From Eledone cirrhosa (taxonomy: Eukaryota): a stretch of 64,000 bases of DNA. The position numbers and the translations under genes were made by a program. Numbering within the stretch: position 1 is the first letter of the stretch; each line of letters begins with the position of its first letter. Shown here piece by piece: positions 13,627 through 30,616 of this stretch. The stretch lies in assembly GCA_964016885.1 (NCBI GenBank), contig OZ024740.1:268708001-268772000 (forward strand), in the 5' to 3' direction. The notes beneath the pieces were generated by a model, which saw only the letters and a list, made by a program, of their open reading frames with translations, was not told the DNA's origin and made no database searches.

Positions 13627-14830
13627 GTCATCATCATCATCACCGTTTTACATCCGTTCTTCCATGCTAGCATGGGTTAGACGGGTTGTCCTGTTGTGGG
13701 CAGTGTCTGGTCGGCTGACCATGCCTTGTTCATACAGGAACTGATTTTGGCTTGATTTCTACAGCTGGATGCCCTTACTAACACGAACCTCATTTACAGT
13801 GAGTGCTGGGTGCTTTTTCCGTGGCGCCTACACGTCCACTTTACAGTGTGGGCTGGGTGCTTTTTTGCCGTGGCATCTCCACGACCACCTTGCAGTGGGA
13901 GGGTGTGGGGGCATATTGTCTATCTGCTTCAGCTTGTACCCATGGGAGATCGGGTACTCTGTATTACTGCGTGACGCCAGAGGTCACGGTCGTGTGTCAT
14001 CGCCTTTGAGAGGTGTAATTGGGTAAGGTCGGCTTTTGTCACCTCATCCCTGGTCTTCTTTGGTCTCCCCACTCCGCAGTTTCCATAGACTTCTAGTGCT
14101 CTGCACCTTTTTATACAGCTGTCATCCTTCATACGCATCACATGTCCATACCAACGCAACCGCCTCTCCTGCACACAGCATTTGATTCCTCTTATGCTCA
14201 GTCTCTCTCTCAATTCATTTATGCTTTGTCGTTCGCGTATATTACTATTACACATCAATCGGAGCATGCAGGCTTCGTTTCTTTCTAATCTACGTAAGTC
14301 TTCCACCTTCAGCGCCCAGGTTTCACTACCATGTAACATTGCTGTTCGGATACACGTATCATACAGTCTGCCTTTCATTATGAGGGAGAAACCTTTTGCA
14401 GCTAGCAGTGGCAGTAGTTCCCTGAACTTCTTCCATCCCGTTCTTACCCTAGTTACTGTACTTTCTGAACACCCACCTCCGCTGCTAATTCGGTCACCTA
14501 GGTAGCAGAAGCTGTCTACTGTTTCTACAGGGCCCTCCCAGAGATTGGTGGTTCTTGTTTCCTGTGGCTGTCTGCTGCTTGCTGTCCCAGCACAGCTGCT
14601 GCATGTGAAGCCTACATTCTTAATTAAGCTTCCTGAGATCCCGCTACATCTCTTGTGTACCCATTGTTTGCATTTGGGGCAGAGAATGGAGTCCATACCT
14701 ACACCTTTCCTACATACTGATAAGGCCATTTCCCTGAGGGGATCTGGGTTCTGTTTTCTCGTCTACTTACAAGGACCTTAGTAATTGTCATGTTGACTTT
14801 GAGACCCTTTCTTTCTAGTCCCTACTTCCA
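13627..14830 (-). mobile_element. RTE-clade LINE 3' portion with (GAT)n tail
   Basis: ORF 13929..14729 (CPKCKQWVHKRC, FCYLG, LHGSETW, RRLRWYGHV, GRPKK). Confidence 0.9.
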
Positions 14831-14831
14831 A

Positions 14832-14945
<114 letters not shown>

Positions 14946-14992
14946 GTACATATATGTATATATATATATATTTATGTATTTATATATATATG

Positions 14993-15047
<55 letters not shown>

Positions 15048-15113
15048 TTATATATATGTGTATGTATATTTATGTATATATATATGTATATCGTATATAT
15101 ATATATATGTATA

Positions 15114-15197
<84 letters not shown>

Positions 15198-15319
15198 CGC
15201 GTATGTGTCTGTGTGAATTTGTGCGCAGGCGTGTGTTCAGCTATTTGTATACACATTTGCTTGAAGAGATGACTAATAGCCATCGCGTGCATTTACTTAG
15301 GCCAGTTACTTCATGAAAC

Positions 15320-15592
15320 AATTATTTCCAAATCATCCCTACAACCCAGATCCAGCTCCATGTGATTTCTACATCTTCCCTAATTTGAAGGGTCAATATT
15401 TTGGAACTTAGGAAAACATACTAACATTATAAACAGCGTGCTGAGGATACGCGCAGACAATGACGTCCGGTAGTGCCATGATCGATAAAGAAAGCATTGG
15501 AACCACTGTTTTATCTACCAAGAATCGTACTTTGAAGGGGATAACTTGTAATTTCATGTCCATCTAATATACACTTACTTTTGGGACATCTC
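15320..15592 (+). mobile_element. mariner transposase C-terminal fossil with right end
   Basis: HPYNPDPAPCDFYIFPNLK (YSPDLAP-like) and YFEGD; TIR-like ttacttttgggaca. Confidence 0.7.
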
Positions 15593-15595
15593 TCT

Positions 15596-15851
15596 CTCTA
15601 TATATATATATATTACTACAACTCTGCGATTGCTTGCTTGTCAGTATTGTAATACAGCGAAAAGGGCTCATAATGGGAAAATATTTTGAAAGAAAGTTGA
15701 CCCTGAAATGGAAAAAAACAAGTTTCGCGTCAATCAGAGGACAGGTTCCTGAGATATGCGGATTTTTCCGGGTACCTTCATAAACAGACAAATAGAGAGA
15801 GAGTAGATTGAAATAGAGACATAGAGAGAAGGGGAGGAGACAGAGAAGGAG

Positions 15852-15913
<62 letters not shown>

Positions 15914-15921
15914 AGTGGTGT

Positions 15922-15962
<41 letters not shown>

Positions 15963-15990
15963 TGTCTGTATATATATGTATATATATATG

Positions 15991-16021
<31 letters not shown>

Positions 16022-16074
16022 GAAGAGGAGACAGAGAAGGAGAATGGAAGAGAGAGAGAGAGAGATGTTGTCAT

Positions 16075-16133
<59 letters not shown>

Positions 16134-16862
16134 GTATACATATATATATTTGTATATATGCGTGTGCGTGTGTCTATGACCAGTGTATATAGATCAAAGA
16201 CACCCACATATTTATATATACACCCACACGCATACATTATATACATATATATATATTGTTATACTTGGGGAGGGTCATATTGTTGTAATAATTGTTTCTA
16301 CTTTTGGCCAATGGCCAGCAATTACCCAGTACATTACTGGTATTTTATTTTATCGACCCTGTAAGGATGAAAGGCAAAGTTAACCTCGGCGGGATTTGAA
16401 CTCAGAATAGCAAGGGCCGAAACTATATGCGTCAAAGCATGGCGCTCAACTCTCTACCGATACTGCCAATCCACCAATTGCCAGAATTAATGACAGAACG
16501 CACTCACTGTTTGGTTGGTTTTCGCTTCTGTATCTTTTATATCAGTTAATTTATTCGGTCCTCAATATTTTCCATTGACTGACCAACGGTCAAAAATACA
16601 GATATAATATAGATACAAACACATATATATAGTCTAACAAAGTTTTTTCGTTGCACATCTGCAACATCGTCAGTGGTGCTATTATGTTTCCTCCTGTTGT
16701 ATATATGTATACACACACACATTTATACATATAGATACACACGCGTATATATATGGGCCTTCCAGTTTCATTAATTATTTAACAATTATTTTTAAGTACA
16801 CATGATTTGTTTGAAATATTTTGAAGTGAATATGACCCAACGGGTCACGGGTGGTCTACTAT
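15596..16862 (+). mobile_element. Probable non-autonomous Helitron-like repeat (related segments at 33285-33365 and 56530-56716)
   Basis: Shared tttgaaagaaagttg..acaagttt.gcgt.aatc..ggttcct..ggtacctt block in three places; TC-TATA-like start; hairpin gacccaacgggtc plus ctacta at 16835-16861. Class assignment is inference. Confidence 0.4.
16288..16475 (-). mobile_element. Meta-domain tRNA-SINE
   Basis: Matches the other full-length copies. Confidence 0.85.
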
Positions 16863-16954
16863 ATACTATATGTTTGTTTGTGTGCATGTATTTGTGCGTG
16901 TTGGCACACGCAAATTTACAGGATATCATATTCTAACTTTTGTTTCCGTTCCAG

Positions 16955-17167
16955 GTTATGATTGCCGCAACTAACAGACTTATGACATATACCCAGGAGA
17001 GTGACGAATTCAAAGACAAAGAAATTCCGTATGATAAATATCGAAGCTTAATGAACCAAAATGTACTAATTAAACAATTGAAAGGAAGTGAAATTAGAAA
17101 TTCAGATTTCTTGTCATTCAAAGAAACAAACTGGTTCAAGTTTGATGGAAGTCCAGCCAAAGAAAAG
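16955..17167 (+). CDS. Host gene internal exon (VMIAATNRL...ETNWFKFDGSPAKEK)
   Basis: ttctaac branch-like motif, pyrimidine tract, ttccag acceptor; AAG|gtatta donor; 213 nt, phase 0-0. Confidence 0.85.
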
Positions 17168-17349
17168 GTATTACAAATTCGTATCCACTGGTTACGAATG
17201 AACACTTATTCAAATCCTTATTTCTATTAAAGTTCAATAAAGTGTTATTCCAAAGAAAAGTACATGTAGCTTTGGATAAAAGAAAATGCAGGAGGATCAG
17301 TTAATAATAGAATGAACTCTAGAGATAGTTAACACAACCGCAAGGATAT

Positions 17350-17465
17350 GGTCCGGACGTGGAAGAGCCGAACTTCCTCTGTCATCGGCACAATCTCTCT
17401 CGCCCTCCCCATCTCTCTGTATGGTGAGCAAATGGGGTCCCTACAGCCTCGGCGGACAGAATGAA
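17350..17465 (-). mobile_element. CRE 3'-UTR fragment
   Basis: ccgaact..gtatggtgagcaaatggggtcc..ggcggacaga shared with 11365-11470 and 26050-26160. Confidence 0.6.
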
Positions 17466-18124
17466 TAATTCCTGCCCATGAAAGAGTAACTCATTTCATG
17501 GGCAGGAATTATCTTCATTCAGATTTATGTTCCACTTAATTTAGACGTATACTTTTAACATGTTAATGAAAGGTATGGCCAATTACTTAAAGTGTTAGAT
17601 TAGTTGCTTGAGGGTTATGTATTCAAATTCTAGGGTTTCATTAATTTCCAGATAGGATACTTTACGTCATGTTACATCTATTCACCTAGCAATCAAGAAT
17701 AGACACTGTAGACCATTCATTGTACTGTGCTTAATTCCTTTAAACATTTTTAGAATGTCGATATAAAATACTAATAATACGCTGGAATAGATTCAATAGA
17801 CTGTATCTACTTTCTTACAAATTTGACCTCTTCGAAAATCAACATGAACTTATTTTTTAAATGAACTTAAAAAGAAATACGAACTCCTTTTTGCAAAGGT
17901 CATGTAATTTGGGGAGTCGTGTGTGATGTATGGCACTCATATATTTCAAGATTTTATTAGTGAAGGAAATGAAAAACGAATCTGCTTCAAATATGTGTAG
18001 CAATCGAGTTTCAATATATATTTTCTGGCGTTACTAGTGAACCTTCCACTTTAGGAATCATGAATGACTATGCTAACATTAATTAGCTGAATTGTTAATG
18101 TCTGTTTTTTGGGCGTGTTCTTAT

Positions 18125-18455
18125 GATAGACGAATTAGCAGAGTCCTTATAACGTCGGCCAGAAAGCTTTGTGTCATTTCTTTTGGCTCTTTGCTCTTTG
18201 AGTTCAAATCGCGCCGAGGTTATCATTCCCTTTCATTCATTCGAGGTTGATAAAAAAGTACCAGTCAAGTACTGGGTCGATTCTTCCCCCATGTCTCTTT
18301 CACACTTCCATTCTCCCACTTTCTATCCTTCACTGGAAGAAATCTGCGGTGTTCATCCTGGGCTCCCCCAGGTTTTAAAATGTCCTAGAAGAACTATATA
18401 TCAATACGGCGCCCCTCCGACTCCCTCGGGAGTTATGGGTCCATGTCAAGCATAA
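18125..18455 (+). mobile_element. Meta-type SINE with alternative 3' tail
   Basis: Meta core followed by ctggaagaaatctgc..ccaggtttaaaatg..ggcgcccc, shared with 22236-22562. Confidence 0.7.
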
Positions 18456-20741
18456 TAGATTACTCGGTCAGTAATTAGCCTCTGATGGAAATCATTCTAG
18501 TGCCATACTTAATACAGAAAATCAATTGAAACAATAACCCTGGTAACAAAAATAATAGAGCACTTGAACAAGTGGCAGGAATTTCAGTTGAACAAAATTT
18601 AAGGGAAGATGTGTAGAGAAGCATTGAGTTTCATCTTTGGTTCATATGCCTATAATGACAAATATAAATGTATTTTTGTTCTATTAGACGTCCTCAGTGA
18701 AGTATTGTCGTCTCGTGGTTACGAAGACATCACGACTTAATTGATGAGGCGAATTACTATAATAACATTAGAAAATTGACGAAGAGTTTCTGCAGTTATG
18801 TGCAGGCTAACATACTTAATGGAGACATCTGTAAATGTATTTGAATAAATTGAATTGATAATGGTAATGAGAAGAAGGATAACTAACGTTAATAAGCATT
18901 GATTTGTTGCAGTTGAATTTAGTATTCTTAGATAGATTTGTGGATATTTTAAACTGGGGCATATCCATTGGTAAGAACCCCAGTGAAATTCCTGCGGAGT
19001 AACGTAGACTAACAATCCATACCTCAAGCATAAATCATCAATGCCATTATCTAACCAACTCGACTATTTCAGTCGACACTTTTTCTAGGTGCTTAAACAA
19101 TGATTCCAGATGGCGTCTATCCAGTCTTCTCTGCTCTTATGAATCTCTTTTGTTGTGGCTTGATTAATTTGGATACAATTTTGAAGTTCTGATTACCTAA
19201 TTAATTATCTAATTATTCCTTGAATTATTTCCTGACCAATATAAGTTTTCAATCCTGACTATCATTTCATTTATCCGGAAAAGTTTTTAATTCCTTTCTC
19301 CATAATCGATTGCGATTGTTCTTTTTAGATTAATATTCTACGTTTTCCATTTACTTAGAACACAAAACCAAGTGTCGCCACTTAAATCCTAGGATAGAAT
19401 AGATATAACAGCTGTGAGTAAGAGATGCGATTTCTTCGGGAATAAAGCCGTTATGATTTCACTTGATGGCACTGTATTATGAAAGAAATTAAATGAACTC
19501 TGATTTTTAGGATTAATGTCTATAGAGAGAAACAGATAAAAGAAAAGAAAAACAGGAAAAAGGTAGATAGCGTAAATTTTGTCTGCCAAATCAGCATATA
19601 TAAGTATATTTAGATAGCTAGCTTGCAAATCACTAACTAATTATTGCGACATTAACTTTAGTGATATTTACTGCTTTGTTTGGGAAAGTAGAAACTTATT
19701 TCGAAGGACTATTATTTCAACTGATATCTTGCAAGGCGTCTAATTTCAAATCCTAACATCTGGAATATGTATCATATAAAGAAAAAGGAAAACAATGACT
19801 ATTTCATATATCTAAGTTGCATAGTTAAATTAATAATTTAATGCGTCACACGAAATAGCGCATTCTATCATCTCTAGATAATTACGAACAGTTTTCTTAT
19901 CGAATAGGTCATTAGTCTATTGCATACAATGTTTTCCAAGTGATTGTACGAGAGACACAATTATATGTCTCCAGAATCGCGAAGTAGATGTGAGATTAAT
20001 ATATTCGATTGACAATTTATACAATTTATACGTATAACAGTGTTGTAATGCATCACGAGATTATGACCAATTCACTATGAAAATAGTTTTATGTCTTTAC
20101 GCTGACAACTCAATAGTTTTACACTTCTGTACTATATGGGATAGGAAACGTGTTTTCCAAGCACGGACTTCACCGAAACGATACAATTTAATGTTGAAGT
20201 TTTCACTTCAAAAAATTGAAATCTCAAAGTGGTTACAGAAAGACACGTCCAATCCATCATTTTGATGCTTGGTTATATCCGCTCTCGAAGTAAACATTTA
20301 TTTAGTACATAACCTATGCAATTATTTGATAGTGAGATGGAAGAAATTGGAATAAGGTAGAGGAGTAAATTGAGTTGATTGTAGAACATTTCCGTGCTTA
20401 TTTTATAGCTCTTGGAGATTAAAAAGCTAATTTAGCAATATTAAATATCTCGACTCAAAATATGAAAGTTTTGCTTGGTTATAGTGCGGTGATTTGGTGG
20501 TTCTTCCAGATCTTCTTAATGAACATTTAAACCTATTGAAATGAAATCATTTTTCAAATTATATTTATTTTTTAGTCGGCCGTGATAGGAGGAGTGAGGA
20601 GCGATCATGAGTTTTCCAATTATCCCAGACAAATTTATTCAGCTTCAACCTCTGTAGATTGATATATATATGTTTTGCATACTAAATTTCAATGTTTTAT
20701 TTTAATACACTGTCAACAAATATCAAATGCATTTCTTGTAG

Positions 20742-20960
20742 ATTTACCAAATAGAATCATGGTTTGCGAATCTGATTAACGACATGGACATTTTAGCAGA
20801 TACAGAAATCGAAATTAAGGATTTCGCAAACATTGTTGCAGCAACAGGGGCAGCAATAAATGATTTTAAAACATTCTTTGTGGCCGAAGAATACGTAGAA
20901 CGTACAATTGTAGACGTTGGTGTCCTGCGATATCCCGACATAGAACATCCCTTTTTCAAG
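20742..20960 (+). CDS. Host gene internal exon (IYQIESWFANLI...VDVGVLRYPDIEHPFFK)
   Basis: ttcttgtag acceptor; AAG|gtataa donor; 219 nt, phase 0-0, open frame. Confidence 0.85.
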
Positions 20961-21917
20961 GTATAAATGCTACTTTTCTCATATAAAACAAGTACGAAGG
21001 AGACATTGTGTGTGGTTTGTTAATTATGTGTTTTAACTTTGTAGGTATGTAAAAAGTTGGTTACCTGCCCACATAGCTACCTTTATAAACAATTACATGG
21101 ATACATATCATCTTTCATTTTCTTCCATCTCAATATGAAATTATCCGTATAATTTACGTATAATTGCTTGTTTACTAAATAATAGGGTAGATGGGGAAGA
21201 AACCTCCCACCTATATCTCTGCTTCTCTACCTACATACATAATACCTGGATTTATACATACATTCGTACATACACATGAAAGAATCAGTATAATCTATGT
21301 ATTTTGTTTGCTTGATAATTAGAAGGATGAGAGAGGAAAAACTAATTTTCTGGCCGATGTTGAGAAATTAATGATTTACCCTAACGTGCTGAACTATCGG
21401 GAATGTTACTTTATTTATGTAATTGGGAAAAAGTTGCTTGTTTCCTCGCTGCTGATTTCGTATGACTTCTGGAAAAAGTTTCCTAAAATTTAGTTTATAC
21501 TTCAGGAACACTAAATTTCATTAATAGTAACACTTATGTAGATAAGATAATAGGAATTTATAGAGAAAAATATTGGGAGGTTAAACCATTGATACTTTTA
21601 CAAATAGACTGAAAGTTATAATACTTTAACAGCTTTGCTAAATTCAAACATGCTCTCTACATCTCTCTGATGCTAAAACCTTTCTTAAACCAGAAATCAC
21701 AATTTGAAATAATCTTCCAGAAAATGTAATTTAAATAATTCTGGACAATGACAGTCAAGGCTACATGAGAGAATAGAATATTTTCTATAACTTCCTCCTC
21801 TTTGATAAACGAAAGTATCATGTTGTTGACAATTCCTGGGGTCAGCAAATACGTTTATATCAAATTGTAAGATGATCTTCCTTTATACTGATAGAAACGA
21901 CGTGTACGGTGATATGT

Positions 21918-22105
21918 AATAATTGTTTCTACATTTGGCACAAGGCCAGCAATTAACCAGTACATTACTGGTACTTTATTTTATCGACTCCGTAAGGATG
22001 AAAGGCAAAGTTAACCTCGGCGGGATTTGAACTCAGATCGTAAAGGGACGTAACTATGGTGGAAAGCATGGCGTCGGACTCTCTACCTATACTGCCAATC
22101 CACCA
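21918..22105 (-). mobile_element. Meta-domain tRNA-SINE
   Basis: Matches the other copies. Confidence 0.85.
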
Positions 22106-22235
22106 TCAAGAAACATTGATCTTTATTCAGAAAAAATGTATTTTACGGTAGACAAGCAAAATAATTTTGTCTGCACTTTATTCATTTCTTATATTGTAGA
22201 ATAGTATGTTTTATAAATATGGATTATTCATATTA

Positions 22236-22562
22236 AGGCGGCGAATTGGCAGAGTCATTAGAAAGTCGAATAGAATGCTTTATGGTATTCGTTCCTATTG
22301 TTTGTTCTTTGAGTTCAAATCCCGCCGAAGTCAACTTTGCCTTTCATCATTTCGAGGTCGATAAAAAAAGTACCAGTCTAGTACTGGGGTCGATTCTTCC
22401 CCTACATCTCTTTCTAATTTCTCCTCTCTCACTTTATATCTTCTCTGGAAGAAATCTGCTGAACTCAGGCCTGGAGAGTGATGGTCTACGCCAGGTTTAA
22501 AATGCCCAAGAAACGCTACATGTCAATATGGCGCCCCTATGGCTCTATTAGGAGTTACAGGA
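22236..22562 (+). mobile_element. Meta-type SINE with alternative 3' tail
   Basis: ggcggcgaattggcagag head, B-box, Meta core, tail shared with 18125-18455. Confidence 0.75.
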
Positions 22563-23447
22563 GCATACATTATTCACATTAGTGTGTCTTGTGAAAATAT
22601 CTCGAAATGTTAAAAACAAAAGATAAGTTCATTAAATGTCGGATGGAACTATTTTCCAGTACTACAGCGGAAAACATCCAAAGCCAAAAATCGTAACCGA
22701 GTCGCAAGCTCATCTCATTCCAATTTGAACTGTTCTCGCAAATATTTTGTTATATAAATGCATAATTTCATTCTGCTATTGATTTAAAATAAAACAAAAT
22801 ACAGAAAAAAATTATCAGTGAATCTAATGTTACAGAAAACCTAGAATATCACAGAGAAAGAATCCTATAAAAACTAAATTATTGAAAATGTACCTACATT
22901 ACGAAGTTAAGAGACCAGGAACAATTTTTAAAGAATATAAAAATTAAAATGCAAATGAAAAAATGAACAAAGAAACAAAGCAACTAGAAATGTTTGATTT
23001 CTTAGATAATGATATCATATTGCATAATAAATATATTTCAATAAAAACAAACAAATATTAAAAGCTTCCACATGATTGATATGTGTATTTATTTTACTAA
23101 ATTTTGTACAAGACATTTTACTGTCTACGTTTTGACAGTAATCAAATAAATACGCTGTTTGATAATATGAACAACATGTATATATAAAAATAAAGAAGCT
23201 ATGCGAGAAACATAACGACAGATTATATAGTTGATATAATTCTATCTTCTTTACATGAGAGTAACGTAGTATTTTGTAAACTAGCTGCGAGTCGAGTCTG
23301 AAACAAACTTCAACCTATTGGTTGATATAGTTTATATTTCATAATGTAATTAGTACCACTACCTCGATAGCAATCAAAACTTCCTGACCAAGAGATCAAG
23401 AAAGAATCACTAACTAAATAAGAGTACCATCATCAAGATATTAGAAT

Positions 23448-25414
<1,967 letters not shown>

Positions 25415-25543
25415 ATATAACTGCTCTGTAGAACAACTGATGTTATTACATTGAGCTATTTATCTTACTGGTAATAAGGTAGTAATAAATTACTGACCTT
25501 CACTGTTTAAGGTTTAAAATATACATAACCATAAATAGTATGC

Positions 25544-25606
<63 letters not shown>

Positions 25607-25607
25607 C

Positions 25608-25679
<72 letters not shown>

Positions 25680-26039
25680 CGAAATGTTTGCATGGATGTC
25701 TAGATGCATCCTCCGCAGAGAATTGCGTACGTATTCTTGTTTATATTTTAGATCAGTCTCCACTAATTGAAATATTAAATACACATCTAGTCTGTTCAGT
25801 AGATGCTAAACTTTCGAATCGTTCTAGCAACTCAACATACTGTCGTTGGTTGTTTATACCCTGATATAAAGAGGTAGATCCAAAAAGTATATTCAAAACG
25901 GCACTTAAATAATTTTAATATATCAAAATATTAAAACTTCATAAATTTATATTCTCTGCTCATGAGAATTTCGAAACTACAAAATCTAAACATTACGTGC
26001 TGATTAGAGGCCTCAACTTATACATCGAATTAAGTAGAC

Positions 26040-26520
26040 ATGAAAGAAGAGCCGAACTCCCACTGTCATCGCCTTCATCTCTCTCACCCTCACCATATCT
26101 CCGTATGGTGAGCAAATGGGGTTCCATGTGCTGGCCGTCACACAGCCCCGGCGGACAGATTGGAGAAGACGTTTCCTCGGAGGATGTTAAGGGAGATGCG
26201 CTGGAAGACCTATCCCAACTCGCGAGGTTCACACCTGCTGCCAAGAGCACGACCGCGAACCTGTCGGAGAGCGACCGGTATTTGAGGAGTTTAACCTCCT
26301 CAGCCCGACGTGCAGCGGAACCTGGGTTAGTCACATACTGCACCAGGTTGCGGCTGGAGAAAGTGTCGCTGCAAGTGGCATCCCAGACGAGGGGTTTGCC
26401 ACCGCGGAACGGGTAGATAGATGGTCATGCCGTCTGGCCCTTTGCTACCCCCTCGGTCTAGCCCCACCGGCTCGAGCTGGGAAGGGAAGCTTGCAGTATG
26501 CAAGCCATGCTTTATGAGCA
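26040..26520 (-). mobile_element. CRE-clade non-LTR 3' fragment
   Basis: LEPVGLDRG..PDGMTI, WDATCSDTF and AARRAEEVKLLKYRSL motifs. Confidence 0.8.
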
Positions 26521-27096
26521 TGGCATGGAAGGCGGCCGGCACTGTGGCGACAGGAAAGCGGGTAGAAGTAGATTATAGTATTACGTCTTTCGACCTTGTT
26601 TGTCTGATTTATACGATTTTTCGATTGCGTTGTCTTTTCCGTATTAGGGAGAGTTGGGAAGGGTTAAGCGTGGTGGTATTTAATTTTGTTGAATAGCGTT
26701 GAGATTTCATTTTTCATAGTTTGATAGGTTTGTTCCTTTTGCAAGTTATACTGACAACTTTGTCCCTCTGCACGAAATACAAGGTTTTAAATATCTCCTT
26801 TCTTACAGTGGACATACATGCACACATTCACTTACTCATACACATTCAATTACTCACACACATTCAATTACTAACACACATTCACATACACACATTCACA
26901 TACACACATTCACATACACACACACATTCACACACACACACATTCACATACACACAGACATTCACATACACACACACACGCATTCACACACTCACACACA
27001 TTCACTTAAACACACACACATTCACATGCACACAAACATTCACATACTCACATTCACATACACACATTCACACACACACACACACCCACACCCACA

Positions 27097-27151
<55 letters not shown>

Positions 27152-27269
27152 GAATAGTTTTAATTTGTTTTCATATATGAGGGTTGATTCGCTTTTTAAA
27201 GTGATACATTTAATAAATAACTTTGGATGAGTCTTGAAGAAACCTGAAATCATTACGTCAACACTCTGG

Positions 27270-27750
27270 CTCACTGGCAGTATCGGTAGAGGGTCGGACG
27301 CCATGCTTTGCAGCAAAGAGTTATGGCTCTTTATGGTCTGAGTTCAAATCCCGCCGAGGTTAACTTTGCCTTTCATCCTTACGGGGGTCGATAAAATAAA
27401 GTACCAGTAATACACTGACATAATTGCTGGCCTTGTGCCAAAAGTAGAAACAGTTATGTATTTGTATGTATCTTTCTCATTTTTTTGTGGTCTACTTCTC
27501 TCTTCGCTTTCTTTCTCGTCTCGCTCTTCATTATTTCTCACCTCGTAGGGCGGTGGATTGGCAGTATCGGTAGAGGGTCGGACACCATGCTTTCCAGCAT
27601 AGTTACGTCCCTTTACGATCTGACTTCAAATCCCGCCGAGGTTGACTTTGCCTTTCATCCTTACGGGGTCGATAAAATAAAGTACCAGTAATGCACTGGG
27701 GAATTGCTGGCCTTGTGCCTAAAGTAGAAACAATTATTTCTCACCTCGTA
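27270..27750 (+). mobile_element. Two tandem Meta-domain SINEs; the second (27548-27732) has an 18-bp TSD attatttctcacctcgta
   Basis: Direct repeats at 27530-27547 and 27733-27750. Confidence 0.9.
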
Positions 27751-28310
27751 ATGTTTTTTATCTATCACTTCTCAATATTGTGTGTATGTATTTTGAAATA
27801 TGTATTAAACATTTATGATTTTAACATAACGCACAGAAACAAACAATTTGCGATTGTTAGTAGGAGGTAAGGAAACCTAAAGACGTTCTAAATTTGTAAC
27901 AGAAAATTCATTCTTTTGTCCCTTATCCTTTTCTCTCTTCTTTTCTTCCCATATTTTACACATAAATTTCTGCTTGTCTCGACGTTTACGTCATTCTCAT
28001 TCTTAATTACTGTTTCTCTCTCACCATTCTTCCTTTTATCGCCTATGGCGGTTTTTCTCTCCCGTCTTACCTCTTTCGGTAACACATCATTTGGTAAACC
28101 GTCTATCGCACATCATTTGGTAAACCGTCTATCACACACATTCTCAATAGGTTGAGCTTTTCTTCATGTTACTCCAGTGTCTGTTAATAATCTCCATGTC
28201 CTCTCCAAGATAAACACAGTTATATTTCAGATACGTTAGGATAAACATGGAACTGTTCAGAAATAATCCAAATCTTTCAGCCTTTCCAATTCTGAACACC
28301 TGGTAATGTA

Positions 28311-28349
<39 letters not shown>

Positions 28350-28599
28350 TCCCCACCCACACACACACACGCGTGTGTGTGTATGTATTCTGTGAAAAGG
28401 CTGAATAGTGGGAAGTCACCTGGGGTGGATAGTGTCTGTGCTGAAATCTTCAAATGTTCAGGTCAAAATCTACTTCGTCGTCTAGCTACTTTAATTCAAA
28501 ATGTTTGGGTTGAAGAGAGTGTCCCAAATGACTGTTAATATGTATTAATGGTGGTTCTCTATAAAGGCAAATGTGGAAGGGACGACTGTAGCAATTAAC

Positions 28600-29960
28600 G
28601 TGGGATATCCATATCAAGATCTTATGTAGGATCATTCTGGACAGGCACCTTGACTCCATCGATGATGAAATCCTTCCTGAATCTCAGTATAGCTTTAAAA
28701 ATAGTAGGGGGACAACGAACATGATCTTTACGGTGAAACAGCTGCAAGACAATTGCACTGAGCAGAAGCTGAACCTTTAACATGTGTTTATAGACCTGGC
28801 AAAGTCTTTTGATACAGTCAATAAAATTGCCCTGTGGAAGGTTCTTGGGAATCTCGGGTGTCCTGATGAATTTGTCTCTGTGTTGAAAAGTTTCCATGGT
28901 GGAATGAAGGCAAGTATTAATGTGGGTGGTAAGCTCTCTGATCCCATTGTGGTTGAAAATGGTTTTAAGCAAGGAGTCTTTCCGGCGCCGACTCTGTTTG
29001 TGTTGTACATTGCTATAGTTTTCATGATGGCTTTTGAGGGTTGCTGACATGGGGTCTACATATGACCAGAGATTGAAAGTCGTGGATAAATTTGTATATC
29101 TAGGCAGTACTGTGAATATGATCAATACTCTGGGTGAAGAAATCTCCCTCCGAATCAAAAAAACAAGGAATACATTGAAAAACTGGATGGACGTCTATAG
29201 TTTCAGCATGGTATTTTCAATGAGAAAAAAATTAAAAGTGTATAATGCTTTCTCTTCGCTGTATGCATCGGAAACATGGGTCACTTACCAAAGGCATCTC
29301 AAAAGGTTGGAGCACCTTCAACAACAGTGTCCTTGACGTATACACAGCATGCACTTGAAAATGTACGTGAGAGAAAGTTCCTTTATGGTGAGCTGGTGAA
29401 AAATAAACGACCGGCGCACAAACCAAAACTGAGGTATAGGGATTGCATTAAAAACACACTGAGGAAGAGGGAAATATATGAGGACGGCTGGGAGGACATC
29501 GCTTTAGATCGACTTTCCTAGAAGAAGGCAGTACATGATAGCAAGAGAGAATTTGAAAAAACCGCGTTGAGCAGGAACAGCTCAAGCGGTGTGTTCGTAA
29601 GGACATTGAGTTTGGTTCGTCTAAGTGTCTTAGCATGCAGCTCGATTCAACTCGTAAAGAATGTGGCCGGTTATGTCTAAGTAAGGCAGACTTTAGAAGT
29701 TATCGAACAAGTTTACAGTGGCATTTCTGTTTGTGACCGTAACACTTAATGCGAGAAACCCCCGTTGTTGCAACATCTGTGCAAGTATGAGCAAGTCCCT
29801 AACAGGACTAAAAAAACCACGTCCGTGCTGCTCATGCTAAAGTATCGAGCGATAACATTACCCGAAATCGAGTTGCAACCATTAATTAATAATTATTAAT
29901 AATGGTATAACGTGCAACGGACATACTCGATAACGAGGGGGCAGCCATTATGTATGTATG
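28600..29960 (+). mobile_element. Degraded RTE (BovB-like) LINE with terminal zinc-finger remnants and (TATG)n tail
   Basis: FIDLAKSFDTV, GFKQG, FVYLGS, YASETW, CNIC..H..H; ends tactcgataacgagggggcagccattatgtatg. Confidence 0.85.
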
Positions 29961-30548
29961 TATGCATATATACATGGATTCCTGTATGAATGCATGCAAG
30001 CAAATTAAGATTTCAGTGGCACATAGTATATTTGTGAATATATATATCTCTGGTTTGCTGAAGGTACAATGTGTTAACTCTCTGATGCATGTTCAAATAT
30101 TGGGGCAACCATTTATCCTTTCATCAAAGTACCAAATTGCTGAATAAGAAAAGTTAGAATTTCTCTTTATATTTGTATATATGTGTATTGTTTCAGAATT
30201 ACGAGAAAATATAAAAAGTAAAACATATAGTATATCTTAAAGTCACTAACTAAAAATTAAGAATAAATACGGTCCCAATATTTTCTTACTTCAAAGAAGC
30301 TTGAACAAAATGTAATTTTGAAGACGTATCTACATTAAAATATAAAATATATCTAAATATAATTATATACGAATAGAATTATATATACAAAAGAATTAGA
30401 AATATAATTACATACGAAGGCAATTATATAAAAGTTTACTATAAGAAATTATAAGATAAACAAAATTCGTTTTACATATTCAACATCAGCGCAGCTGCGG
30501 TCGCATTTGTTAGAATACGTGTATATATATATATAATATATAATATAT

Positions 30549-30616
<68 letters not shown>

